64,000 nucleotides of DNA, from positions 33,077 to 97,076 of the forward strand of contig DAYH01000010.1 in assembly GCA_002506825.1 (NCBI GenBank). The letters are read 5' to 3'. Below, one piece after another: positions 28,215-38,072 of the stretch. Below the pieces are notes generated by a model that made no database searches, was not told the DNA's origin, and saw only the letters and a program-made list of their open reading frames with translations. The position numbers were made by a program, and so were the translations under genes. The number at the start of each line of letters is the position of its first letter. The first letter of the stretch is position 1. This DNA is from Euryarchaeota archaeon UBA103 (GTDB lineage Archaea > Thermoplasmatota > Poseidoniia > Poseidoniales > Thalassarchaeaceae).

Positions 28215-30202
28215 TTAGTATGCTTATGAATCCAGAAACTAGGGGAAAGATAGTCTCATTGACATTCTTCTTGATGATGTTGTTACCAACGATTGCTACA
28301 GCCGTTCCGAGCGATCTTTCTGAGGATGAAGATGAGAGATATTGGTGGCTAGATACAAGTATGGATACTGATGGTGATTTCATTCATGATGCTATCTGGA
28401 TAGCGGCAGAAAATAACCATCATCAGTATCTTGATGAAAATGGTCTAATTTCAGTAATTGTCGACTTTGACCACGCCCCTACAGAAGAAGATCAGACGAT
28501 GCTAGAGAGGGAGGTTGAGTTTCAGACTCAATTTAGATACTGGCTAATTCACTCGATTGCAGGTACTGTTGAGTTGAGTAGGATTCATGAAATTATTGAG
28601 CTCCCGGGAGTAGTTTTCGTTGAGCTTGATGGAGTCCTTGGGATACAGATGGAAGAGGTAGTTCCAGTTCACGGAGTCGATTTGGTTTGGCAGGACACAG
28701 GCTACACCGGTGAGGGAGTAACCATGGCAATCATTGACACCGGAATCGACGGCAACCACACGGCTCTGGACGATTTAGACGATGACAACACGACAGATGA
28801 TCCTAAAATAGTCGCGTTCTATGATGCCATAAACAACCCCGGAGCAACGAATGGAACAGAGATATTTCCCTATGATGACAATGGTCATGGCACTCACTGT
28901 GCTGGCATCACAGCCGGGACAGGTGCCCCCAACTATCAGCACATTGGTGTGGCGCCTCGTGCAAATCTAGTAGGAGTCAAGGTACTGGATGGGGGCGGCA
29001 GTGGATCTTTCGCAGCAGTCATGGCCGGGATGGAGTGGACAGTGGATAAGAGACACGAATTCAATATCAGAGCGGCTAGTATGAGTCTCGGTGCCCTAAC
29101 TGGGGCAATAGAGTGGACATCATCGGAGGAGGAGTCGGTCAACAGAATGGCTAATGAAATGATGAGGGCTGGAGTGACTCTTTTCATCGCGGCTGGAAAT
29201 AGTGGTGGAACTGCAACAATAGGAACCCCGGGGAGTGCGGAGGACGTCATCACTGTAGGATCTCTCGATAAGGATACCTCGATTGCAATTTACTCGAGTC
29301 AAGGACCCACAGAGGAGGGCAGAGTCAAACCAAACATAGCATTCGTTGGAAGCAGTGTTAACGCCCCTGATGCAAATACCGGAGATGGTTATGTGGCGCT
29401 ATCAGGAACAAGTATGGCAACCCCTGGAGCGGCAGGAGTGGCTGTTCTAATGTATCAGGCTAATCCCGATCTAAGTCCATTTGATATTCGAAATATTATG
29501 CAGGAGACTTCCACATATCGGGAGTGTCATTACATGTTGGCAAATGAGCCCTGTGCCGAAGACGCGATTCCCAAGAATCGCCAGAACAATGTATACGGGC
29601 ATGGGCACGTCAATGCTCAACCTGCAGTCGAAGAAGCTGCCAATTATGACTATGATCTCAGTCTCACTCTGAATGTTACTTTGGCTAGTGATTATGGGCT
29701 CGATAATAGAGTTTGGATTGGTCAGGGAGAATCTATTTCTTACAATGTAGAAGGTGGTATCCAAAGGGTTCAATGGAGGACTTGGGACATGAGGGACAAT
29801 TGGATGGATCTACCAGAATTTAATTCTGGAGACAATGATTTTGAGGTCTCACACAGTCTTCTTGTCGATAGGCTGCAATACCTCCCGAACAATACTATCG
29901 AGGGGACTCAGGTTATTCTAGTAAGAGCGATATCTGGAGCCTCCTCATCTACAAACCTAGCTACTGCAATCCATATTTCTGGTGAAGAAAAGGTTGAGAG
30001 CAAGGGCGATGGTGGATCTATGAGTGGTATTCTAATCGGAGGGCTCTCCTTGATCGTCATTATTCTCCTGATAACACTATTATTTGCTGGTGTGCAGTTG
30101 AAAGAGAGGGGTTTCTTCTATACTGACGAATACTATGACGGTGAGATAGAAGAAGTTGTTGGAAGTATAGTTTCAGAGGATGGTTTCGAAGGGGACGGTT
30201 AG
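28211..30202 (+). CDS. Secreted, membrane-anchored subtilisin-like serine protease (S8A) with an I9-like propeptide
   Basis: Triad motifs 'AIIDTGID', 'HGTHCAGI', 'SGTSMATPGAAG'. Signal peptide 'VSLTFFLMMLLPTIATA'. C-terminal TM 'ILIGGLSLIVIILLITLLFAGV'. ATGA overlap with the upstream RAM gene. Confidence 0.9.
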   Translation: MISMLMNPETRGKIVSLTFFLMMLLPTIATAVPSDLSEDEDERYWWLDTSMDTDGDFIHDAIWIAAENNHHQYLDENGLISVIVDFDHAPTEEDQTMLEREVEFQTQFRYWLIHSIAGTVELSRIHEIIELPGVVFVELDGVLGIQMEEVVPVHGVDLVWQDTGYTGEGVTMAIIDTGIDGNHTALDDLDDDNTTDDPKIVAFYDAINNPGATNGTEIFPYDDNGHGTHCAGITAGTGAPNYQHIGVAPRANLVGVKVLDGGGSGSFAAVMAGMEWTVDKRHEFNIRAASMSLGALTGAIEWTSSEEESVNRMANEMMRAGVTLFIAAGNSGGTATIGTPGSAEDVITVGSLDKDTSIAIYSSQGPTEEGRVKPNIAFVGSSVNAPDANTGDGYVALSGTSMATPGAAGVAVLMYQANPDLSPFDIRNIMQETSTYRECHYMLANEPCAEDAIPKNRQNNVYGHGHVNAQPAVEEAANYDYDLSLTLNVTLASDYGLDNRVWIGQGESISYNVEGGIQRVQWRTWDMRDNWMDLPEFNSGDNDFEVSHSLLVDRLQYLPNNTIEGTQVILVRAISGASSSTNLATAIHISGEEKVESKGDGGSMSGILIGGLSLIVIILLITLLFAGVQLKERGFFYTDEYYDGEIEEVVGSIVSEDGFEGDG

Positions 30203-32391
30203 CTTCCCTTAGCCATCTTAGTAACTAATTGATTGGCAGCATTAATGCATTCGGCCGCCCTGAATCTACTTATTGCCTCGGTCCAGTGAGACATTCGATT
30301 TACAGGGTCTAGGACTCCTCTCCAATACCATCTATGTGCTGACAGTCTCCTGAGGGATGGCACATCCTCTCTGAGCGGATATCCACAAGATTCCCTATGG
30401 GCCTCAATGAGCCAGTTGGGGAATTCTTTGCCTACGGCCTCAAGAGTAGAGTGGATTGCCAAAATTCTAGTAACTGGTTCATCTAGGCTAGAAATAAAAT
30501 CTTTTGACCATGAAATTGAGCTATTAGAAGATGCTCCATTAACTCTGGAAGACAACCTTGCTTTCAGATCGAGTATTTCCAGGAAGTTATCATCTAGAGC
30601 AAGTCTGGATTCGATTTCTGCTCTCGATTTGGATGCCTCTTGGATGTTGGAATCACTTAGAGCGATACTATATTTCACTAGCTCCAGAGATAGGGTTGCT
30701 GACTCTCTCTCATCATTGGATATAGCGCCCAAATCGACTTGCGAGATAATCCGTAGAATTTTATCGGACTCAGAGTTACCTAATCTTCCCGGAAGTCTGT
30801 CATCAAATCTTCTGATGATTGAAGAAACCTCCATTTTAGCACGTTGACTTGGTTCTGACAATGTGATTACTTCTGCCTCCAATTTCTCTGCTAGGGTTTG
30901 ATTGCCGTTCAATCTCGCTAATCTAGACTCGAATATCTTTCTTGGCAGTACCTCATTAATTTTCTCGATATGTATCCCTGCTTCAATCCTCTCTCCCCTG
31001 TCGAGAGCAATAGTAGCCGCTTCCTCTCTAAGAATCTGGCTTTCCTTTGACTCTAGAGCATTTTCCAATACCACAGCAGCTGACGCGCTATCAGATAGAG
31101 CTATTTGTTGAATATTACTTTCAATCCATTGTATATCTTCTTCCTTTCCTGACATCGACCTATGATGTGCTTCAAGCTTCCTAGCCCTATGTCCCTCCAA
31201 TAAGGACCATGTCATCGCGGCATCCTTATGCAATCTGGAAGTTTTCTGATCGTCCCAAGATGCTCTTCTGACATTCCTAACTAGGTGATGGGGCTCTGTA
31301 AGTCCATTAGACCATTTCAGTATCGCTGAGTCGTCCAATTCATTGATTCCCGCATCAGATGCCATCTCCTCAACATGTAGGGGCAAAGGAGATAATGATA
31401 ATTCATCAAGTGAGCAAGTTCCATCTTCGGATAGTCTTTTTATCACGGTTTTCTCAACATATCTGAGAACTGCCTCAGACTTCTCAGGGACTCCCTCATC
31501 GGGGGACCAGAGCCTTATCGCTAGAGGATGGCCTCCCAGAGATTCTGAAACAACTGTTGCTGTGTCATTATCGATATCCTCTGAAAAGAGGAGCTTTGCT
31601 GATTCTAGATCGAGGCCTTGTAGACGAATCTCGACGAATTCTCCGTCTAAGTCCAATGGATTAGGCGCTCTAACCACCAGCAATACCGAACAAATAGATG
31701 AGGAGGCCTTAGAGATCAGATTACTAATTGAGCTAGAGTGCCGGGGATGTAATTCTTGAACTTCATCCAGTACGAGAAGAGTCTTCTTGACTCTAGTAGA
31801 CTCCACGATAGCCTCCGGCGAGGAGGGAGCGCTGTTTCCAAGCCACATATTTCCAATTGCCTTAACATCGGTATTTACGGAGCAGTTAGCCCATCTAATC
31901 TTCCATCTGAGGCTCCCTAAGTGGGAGGCGAGGGCTCTAGCCAGGGTTGATTTTCCTATTCCCGGTAAGCCGCTCAATATTACTGACTTACCATTGGATA
32001 TGGCCTCCGACAATTGTTTGATCTCTGATAATCGACCATGTACTTCAGTAGGATCTGGAGCTGGCCCTATTATCCCACTGCTGGTAGTTCTGGAAGTAGG
32101 TGTTTCTTTGTCAATTAACACTCTTCCCTTTTTTGAAATGTGGACAACAGTCCTCTTCCTTGATCCTCCTCCAATCACGTGTGCCGTTCTAGTGGATATG
32201 AGGCCCTGGTTTTCCAATTCTGAGAGTGGTTGATGTAAAGCAGATCGAACTAGACCAAGGGATTCAGCTAATCCTGGCAGTGATAGCTCCCTTGGAACAT
32301 CCCAGGCGGTTTCTAAATGGTCTCCAAACTCAGCTAGCCGAGCGAGAAGCCTTGCCTGCGAGTGAGTGAGCATGTCCCTGAGACAAGGCAC
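30199..32391 (-). CDS. wHTH-STAND/AAA NTPase with a long alpha-helical C-terminal region (putative signal-transducing transcription regulator)
   Basis: N-terminal wHTH 'LSLPGLAESLGLVRSALHQPLSELENQGLIS'. Walker A 'LSGLPGIGKSTLARALA'. Walker B 'LLVLDEVQEL'. About 400 aa of helical repeat-like sequence follow. Confidence 0.6.
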   Translation of the reverse strand: MPCLRDMLTHSQARLLARLAEFGDHLETAWDVPRELSLPGLAESLGLVRSALHQPLSELENQGLISTRTAHVIGGGSRKRTVVHISKKGRVLIDKETPTSRTTSSGIIGPAPDPTEVHGRLSEIKQLSEAISNGKSVILSGLPGIGKSTLARALASHLGSLRWKIRWANCSVNTDVKAIGNMWLGNSAPSSPEAIVESTRVKKTLLVLDEVQELHPRHSSSISNLISKASSSICSVLLVVRAPNPLDLDGEFVEIRLQGLDLESAKLLFSEDIDNDTATVVSESLGGHPLAIRLWSPDEGVPEKSEAVLRYVEKTVIKRLSEDGTCSLDELSLSPLPLHVEEMASDAGINELDDSAILKWSNGLTEPHHLVRNVRRASWDDQKTSRLHKDAAMTWSLLEGHRARKLEAHHRSMSGKEEDIQWIESNIQQIALSDSASAAVVLENALESKESQILREEAATIALDRGERIEAGIHIEKINEVLPRKIFESRLARLNGNQTLAEKLEAEVITLSEPSQRAKMEVSSIIRRFDDRLPGRLGNSESDKILRIISQVDLGAISNDERESATLSLELVKYSIALSDSNIQEASKSRAEIESRLALDDNFLEILDLKARLSSRVNGASSNSSISWSKDFISSLDEPVTRILAIHSTLEAVGKEFPNWLIEAHRESCGYPLREDVPSLRRLSAHRWYWRGVLDPVNRMSHWTEAISRFRAAECINAANQLVTKMAKGS

Positions 32392-32428
32392 GGGTTCATG
32401 GGCGTTGACCTATGGCGCATCATTGTAA

Positions 32429-34156
32429 ATGCCAGTTGAGAGGAGCTCCCTAGATCTTCCACGCAAGCCTGGAGTTTATCTTTTCAAGAGAAAAGATGGG
32501 AGAGTAATGTACGTTGGTAAGGCCACGGAAATTAGAACAAGAGTATCATCATATTTCTCTGGTAGCGACGGACGTAGAATGGTTCCTTTGCTAATAGAGG
32601 AGGCTGATGAGATAGATTTCATTGTTACCAAAAGTCCTTCAGAAGCATTGTTCCTAGAGAGGAACCTCATAAGGGAGCATAAGCCGAAGTACAATTCAAG
32701 ATTGAAGGACGACAAATCATACCCCTTTATCTCATTAACAGCAGAGGAGTTCCCTAGAATTCTCTACACTCGTCATCCCCCGGAGGGGTCAAGATCTTGG
32801 GGGCCGTTCCCGGATGCAGGAGCTGCCAAGAGAGTGATTCAATTACTCAGAATTGAGTTTGGAATAAGGGATAAAGACTGCAGGGGCAGTGATGGTTGCT
32901 TAGCGATGCATATCGGCCTATGCAAGGGGCCTTGTTGTAATCCAGATGGATATCCAGCAATTGTTAAGGCCGTCACAGATGTCCTTGATGGGAACGCTAA
33001 AGTTCTAATCGAATCTCTCCAAAAGGATATGGATAAGGCCTCTGAATACCTGAACTACGAGAGAGCTGCAGGGATTAGGGATATGATTTCTTCAGTTCAG
33101 AGTACGCTTTCTCAGCAGATAATCCATAGCAGATTCTACCAGGACTGTGATGCAATCGGATTTTCTTCACTTGGAGATTCGGCCATAGTTATGATTTTGC
33201 ATGCCAAGGAAGGAGTGGTACAGGGAAAGACGGAGTATCCATTAATTCACAAAGGAGATGTTTCAGAATCCGTATCACTCGTTCTGGTAGAGCATTACGC
33301 GAATAGGAGGCCCCCCAAAGTCTTGCTTCTTCCATCACCAGTTGGGGATTCAGTGGAGAAGTGGCTTAAGTTCAGGAGAGGAGGTTCCTTGATATCCAGG
33401 GTGCCCAAAAGAGGCGATTTGTTCCGGCTAAGAAAAATGGCAGATCAGAATGCTGAGATTTTAGTCTCGCGCTCACATAGGAGCGGCTCTGGAAGTCTTG
33501 AGCAGCGTGCTGCTAACGAAGGGGCGGCATTGCTTGGAATGTCATCTTTAGATCACATTGTTTGTTTCGATATGGCTCAACTTATGGGATCTGAGAGAGT
33601 TGGGGCATCGGTTGTTTTCAAGAATGGGCGACCTTCAAAAAAGGAATACAGGACGTACAAGATTAAGGGAGATTCAGCTGATGACTTGAGGATGATGAGA
33701 GAGTCCATATTAAGGTGGTTAAAGAGACAAAAAGAGTGGCCCGATATTCTTCTTCTAGATGGAGGAGAGACTCATCTATCAACGATAAATAATGCACTTA
33801 TTGAGAATGATATGGATGGCAAGTTTGTCGTTGCTGCACTAGCGAAAAGAGAAGAGACACTCTATATCGATGGAAGAGAGCCGATAATATTGGATCGGAG
33901 GGGAAGAGTACTAATCCACTCTCGAGATGAGGCCCACAGATTCGTTAATCAGTTTCACAGCCGCAGGAGGCGGAAGGGCTCTATGCGTGACCCTCTAGAG
34001 GAGGTTGATGGCCTTGGTGCCAAGAAGATACAGTCGTTGCTTCGTCACTTTGGAGGAAGAAAGGGAATAGAGCATGCTGGTATTGATGAGCTCAGGGCTG
34101 TGCCAGGGATTGGATTATCTATGGCTAAGAAGATTCAGGAGCACTTCGAAAACTAG
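32429..34156 (+). CDS. uvrC: Excinuclease ABC subunit C
   Basis: GIY-YIG 'GVYLFKRKDGRVMYVGKATEIRTRVSSYF...ALFLERNLIREHKPKYN', UVR motif 'YERAAGIRDMI', C-terminal (HhH)2 'VDGLGAKKIQSLL...VPGIGLSMAKKI'. Confidence 0.9.
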   Translation: MPVERSSLDLPRKPGVYLFKRKDGRVMYVGKATEIRTRVSSYFSGSDGRRMVPLLIEEADEIDFIVTKSPSEALFLERNLIREHKPKYNSRLKDDKSYPFISLTAEEFPRILYTRHPPEGSRSWGPFPDAGAAKRVIQLLRIEFGIRDKDCRGSDGCLAMHIGLCKGPCCNPDGYPAIVKAVTDVLDGNAKVLIESLQKDMDKASEYLNYERAAGIRDMISSVQSTLSQQIIHSRFYQDCDAIGFSSLGDSAIVMILHAKEGVVQGKTEYPLIHKGDVSESVSLVLVEHYANRRPPKVLLLPSPVGDSVEKWLKFRRGGSLISRVPKRGDLFRLRKMADQNAEILVSRSHRSGSGSLEQRAANEGAALLGMSSLDHIVCFDMAQLMGSERVGASVVFKNGRPSKKEYRTYKIKGDSADDLRMMRESILRWLKRQKEWPDILLLDGGETHLSTINNALIENDMDGKFVVAALAKREETLYIDGREPIILDRRGRVLIHSRDEAHRFVNQFHSRRRRKGSMRDPLEEVDGLGAKKIQSLLRHFGGRKGIEHAGIDELRAVPGIGLSMAKKIQEHFEN

Positions 34157-34172
34157 TCGAATATGCGTTCTA

Positions 34173-37115
34173 CTAACTCTCAGAGTCGTCTTTGTCGAAG
34201 AAAGTCTCGTCTACCAGTGTGGTCTTTTCCGGTAGCTTACCAAACTCAATATTCATGATCTTCTCTAGCTCTGAGCTTTCCTCTTCCTTTGAAGATATGA
34301 TTTGAGCTTCCTTCTTCTCTCTTCTCTTCCTCCTAGACCTACTTATCAGAAGAGTAATCGAGACGATGATGAGGAATATGTAGGGTGCTAGTTCCCCTAG
34401 CAAGAACCCCCAAGAAATCTCAACTGAGTACGTGATTATGTCTGAGTTTCTGTTGCTACTGCACTCATCCCAGGTTTCTGCTTCGAGACATGTTGGCATA
34501 GTGTAAGTCAAGAGCTGGCTATCTCCTGAATTTGTAATCTCTGCGAGTCCCTTTTCACTATCTAAAGATGTTATTCTAATGGATTCTGGCAGTAATATCT
34601 CGATAAAGGCCGATGTCTTAATTGTTCCAAAACTCGTATGCTCCATTAGTGGAGTTACTCTCTGTCTGATATCCGATCCATCCAACAACAATCCGGAATC
34701 TGTGAGTATAGGAGATGGGAAAATAGACGACATCACTATCGATGGCATAACTGCCAGTGAGCGAGGATTGAATCCAACAATAATCTCATCCTGTCTCAGA
34801 GATAATGTGAGCTTTGCATTATCTATCTTAGTGGCTAGTCTAATTGGTTCTTCATCCCCTATGAAGGGATCTTCTCCTATTGAGACCGCTCCGAAATCTG
34901 CTTGAAATGGTACTGATGACAAGTCCGCAGTGAGAGAGAATCCCTCCAAACCAATTTCTTGAGAGTCTAGATTTATGTCGCCGAAGTAATTCATCATTTC
35001 AGAGTATGACTCAGTTAGGTAATCGGATAGTTTTCTGAGGCCCTCATTGGATACCTCGAAATCCACTGGTTCGCCGACTCCGAAGTCAATTGCTGATTCA
35101 ATTTCGGAGTTTGCTAGTATCCCACCTTCCATTCTGTCGCCCATTACTAGAATTCTCCTTATGGCATCCGATGGAATCGGGGACATCTTCACTCCTTCAA
35201 TCTCGATATCCAATCCTAATCGATATATCTCTAGAATAATATTGGAAGTAAATTCCACAGATACCGAGCCACTCAACTCATGAACCGAAACTTTGGAAAT
35301 TTCTATCTCAACTAGGAAAGAGACGCATGTCTCCTGCGTTGGAGCGCATACCCTATCGATGCTGTCCTCCTCACATGGGTCCGATATTCGACATATCGAA
35401 TGCTGCCAGTCGAATGGTCTCGATCCTTCGAGTTCAATATTTCTGGTTTTACTATCTCCTGAGTTAGAGGAAAATACCAATGCATCTGGAGTCGTTCCAG
35501 ATGATTCTAACCATTCTGGCAAGTAGATTGTTATGCTTATGTCCGTAGATGGGAAGTCAGAGGGAAGGAGCTCTTGAATGAAGTCAAGATCAACTTCTAA
35601 TTCTACACTCAAGAAGCTCATTATTGTGGCGAGATCTTCATCATTAATTTGTGAAAAATCAATTGTCGATAGGTCCCCGTCTGCATGCTGAATTAGTTGG
35701 CTCAATATGCTTGAAATTTGTATTTCAGTGGGAATTGAACTGGATTGTACCTTAATTGGGTAAGTACTAGACATTGCACCACTCGAACCTAAACAGTATC
35801 TGTAAGATAGTTCTTCTTCGCAGGTCTCGCCTTGCCTGTGCAGGAACATAATACCTCCAGAATCATCAGAGGAGGAGAAAGAGGGATTCTGAAAGACAAC
35901 TTCCGTCCCTAGAAACTGAGAAAAAGAGTCTGAAAGTGAGTCGATTGGAAGAGATGAGAGCATCTGGTCAGTATCAATATCCATCTCGGAGTCAAACATT
36001 CTGATACCATCGGATGTCACTGAATCAAGATTTATCGTTGGGGTCTCAAGATTTAGTCCCCATTGAGTTAATCTTTCAGTACTTAGGTGGTGGATTCCTA
36101 TTTCCATATCTACATGGCTGTTCATCCTGTCATCCAGATTTATGAAAAGGTCCAAGCTCAAGGAAGGGCCGGAATAGGATTCCCAATCTGGCGTAATATC
36201 GCCACTTCCCAGGACGGTTATCAGATTAGATGTGATTGGAATAGAATTGTGATGTGCATTCAAATTATTAAGTGCCATTCTAGCTCCTAAAAACTGTATT
36301 TGTCCATGATCTATTGAGAAGATTTCGGCTGGCTCATTAACTTGGATAATATTGGAGTATGAAGGTGGCACCATCACATATTCGATGTAATGGCCTGATT
36401 TTGCAATCGTTGTGAAGTTGGTGGATACCTCGCCCCCCATAGCCATCAGACCCTGCATTACCCTGTCAATATCTCCAGTTTCTGGATTCATGCCGATATT
36501 AGTCGGATTTACATCCAATGTGAGTGCTGATTGAAGACAAATGGGAGGGTAGAAGGGATCATTTTCCAAACCATTCTCCTCATCTACTGAGTCTGCATCG
36601 GCGTTGAATGTACAGGAGGAAAACTCGCGATCGAAGAAGGTTATCTCTGATGTGGTTTGAAGTGGGCTAATTGTGGCATTTGGAAAATTCTCATCCACAA
36701 TCTGTTGGATTATATCCTCGATCTTCTCAATCAATCTATCCTCAACAGATGAGCCGTCCCGTGAGAAGTCACGATAGTTTCGAATGTAATCAGCGGGAAT
36801 TCCGTCAGAAGGGTCACTATCTCCTTCTAAATCAAGATCTAGTAATCCTAGTTCTTCTCTTGAGATCTCATGAATCGCTAGTTCAAGACTCATCTCTATG
36901 GACGATGCCCCCTCCATGGAAATTCTAACATGGCCCTCGATCCACTCGTCAATAACTGTGTAGTCTAAGTTGGAATCGTAGTCATCACATATCCCATTTC
37001 CATTGGCCCACGTAGAGCAGATTTCATTCGATACTTCGGAATCTCCAGGAGGGGGCGCTGCATGGGCCACTGGTGCAAATATCAGAATAATGGCCAGCGC
37101 GATGCATGTACGCAC
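34173..37115 (-). CDS. Large (980 aa) acidic secreted protein with a C-terminal TM anchor; function unknown
   Basis: Signal peptide 'MRTCIALAIILIFAPVAHA'. C-terminal TM 'YIFLIIVSITLLIS' followed by 'RSRRKRREKK'. I recognise no family motif. Confidence 0.55.
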   Translation of the reverse strand: MRTCIALAIILIFAPVAHAAPPPGDSEVSNEICSTWANGNGICDDYDSNLDYTVIDEWIEGHVRISMEGASSIEMSLELAIHEISREELGLLDLDLEGDSDPSDGIPADYIRNYRDFSRDGSSVEDRLIEKIEDIIQQIVDENFPNATISPLQTTSEITFFDREFSSCTFNADADSVDEENGLENDPFYPPICLQSALTLDVNPTNIGMNPETGDIDRVMQGLMAMGGEVSTNFTTIAKSGHYIEYVMVPPSYSNIIQVNEPAEIFSIDHGQIQFLGARMALNNLNAHHNSIPITSNLITVLGSGDITPDWESYSGPSLSLDLFINLDDRMNSHVDMEIGIHHLSTERLTQWGLNLETPTINLDSVTSDGIRMFDSEMDIDTDQMLSSLPIDSLSDSFSQFLGTEVVFQNPSFSSSDDSGGIMFLHRQGETCEEELSYRYCLGSSGAMSSTYPIKVQSSSIPTEIQISSILSQLIQHADGDLSTIDFSQINDEDLATIMSFLSVELEVDLDFIQELLPSDFPSTDISITIYLPEWLESSGTTPDALVFSSNSGDSKTRNIELEGSRPFDWQHSICRISDPCEEDSIDRVCAPTQETCVSFLVEIEISKVSVHELSGSVSVEFTSNIILEIYRLGLDIEIEGVKMSPIPSDAIRRILVMGDRMEGGILANSEIESAIDFGVGEPVDFEVSNEGLRKLSDYLTESYSEMMNYFGDINLDSQEIGLEGFSLTADLSSVPFQADFGAVSIGEDPFIGDEEPIRLATKIDNAKLTLSLRQDEIIVGFNPRSLAVMPSIVMSSIFPSPILTDSGLLLDGSDIRQRVTPLMEHTSFGTIKTSAFIEILLPESIRITSLDSEKGLAEITNSGDSQLLTYTMPTCLEAETWDECSSNRNSDIITYSVEISWGFLLGELAPYIFLIIVSITLLISRSRRKRREKKEAQIISSKEEESSELEKIMNIEFGKLPEKTTLVDETFFDKDDSES

Positions 37116-37173
37116 GTCAGTTGGAGTGTGTGATATACCATAAGTCTGAATCCGTAATGTTCACCCGGGGTAT

Positions 37174-38034
37174 ATGACTGGAGGGGGGCCGCATGATCGG
37201 CTGTATGATTCTGTTTCCTCGTTTCTAGGAAAAAAGATCCTTCCTAAGATGCCTAAGAAGTGGGAGAAGTTCTCTGATATTGCAATACTCCCCTCGGGTT
37301 CTTTCGAGGGAGAAGAATGGGATGACCTGGTCGGTCCTGCGCTCTGGAACGCTGTTGCTGAGGGCCTTGATGTTGAGAGGCTTGGAGTGATGGGAGAGGT
37401 GACTGGTAAGACAAGAAAGAGCGGGACGAGGATGCTGCGCGGAGAGGACGACTGGGTTGTTAGACGGGAGAATGGGGTAGACTACGGTTATCATGTGACC
37501 AAGTGTATGTTCTCAGCAGGGAATGTGAATGAGAGGAGGAGGATGGGGGAGATTGTAGAAAGAGGGGAGGTAGTAGTAGACCTATTCTCGGGAATAGGTT
37601 ACTACTCTCTACCAATTATGGTCCACTCAGAGGTCGAACACGTTCACTGTTGTGAGTGGAATGATGATGCTGTAAAATCTCTTGAATGGGGCCTAGAGAG
37701 GAATGGTATTTCATCTGGTTTCACAATACATCGAGGAGATAATAGAGAGAGCTGTATGTCAATCGGAAGGGTCGCTGATAGGGTAATAATGGGCCTACTA
37801 CCAACTTCTGAGGACAGTTTTGAAGCAGCGATGGAAGTTCTATCCGACTCTGGAGGAGTGGTACATGTCCACGGTCTAGCTAGGCCTGGTGAATATTCCG
37901 AATGGGGAGAGGTGGTACTGAGGAAGCTGTGTCATTTCAGGGAGGGTTCTAGGGCGAAAGTTATTGCAGTCAATCGGATAAAGAGCTATGCTCCAAGATG
38001 GGATCATATTGTCCTGGACGTGAGCATTAATTAG
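37174..38034 (+). CDS. Trm5/Taw2-family (Met_10) SAM-dependent tRNA modification enzyme, probably Taw2
   Basis: 'VVVDLFSGIGYYSLP' is the SAM-binding motif of the Trm5/TYW2 family. The short 286-aa format and the GIGY(F/Y) variant favour Taw2. Taw1 is also present in this window. Confidence 0.55.
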   Translation: MTGGGPHDRLYDSVSSFLGKKILPKMPKKWEKFSDIAILPSGSFEGEEWDDLVGPALWNAVAEGLDVERLGVMGEVTGKTRKSGTRMLRGEDDWVVRRENGVDYGYHVTKCMFSAGNVNERRRMGEIVERGEVVVDLFSGIGYYSLPIMVHSEVEHVHCCEWNDDAVKSLEWGLERNGISSGFTIHRGDNRESCMSIGRVADRVIMGLLPTSEDSFEAAMEVLSDSGGVVHVHGLARPGEYSEWGEVVLRKLCHFREGSRAKVIAVNRIKSYAPRWDHIVLDVSIN

Positions 38035-38072
38035 TCCGTTGAACTCAAGTCATGTGACTCCTTCGGGATGAT

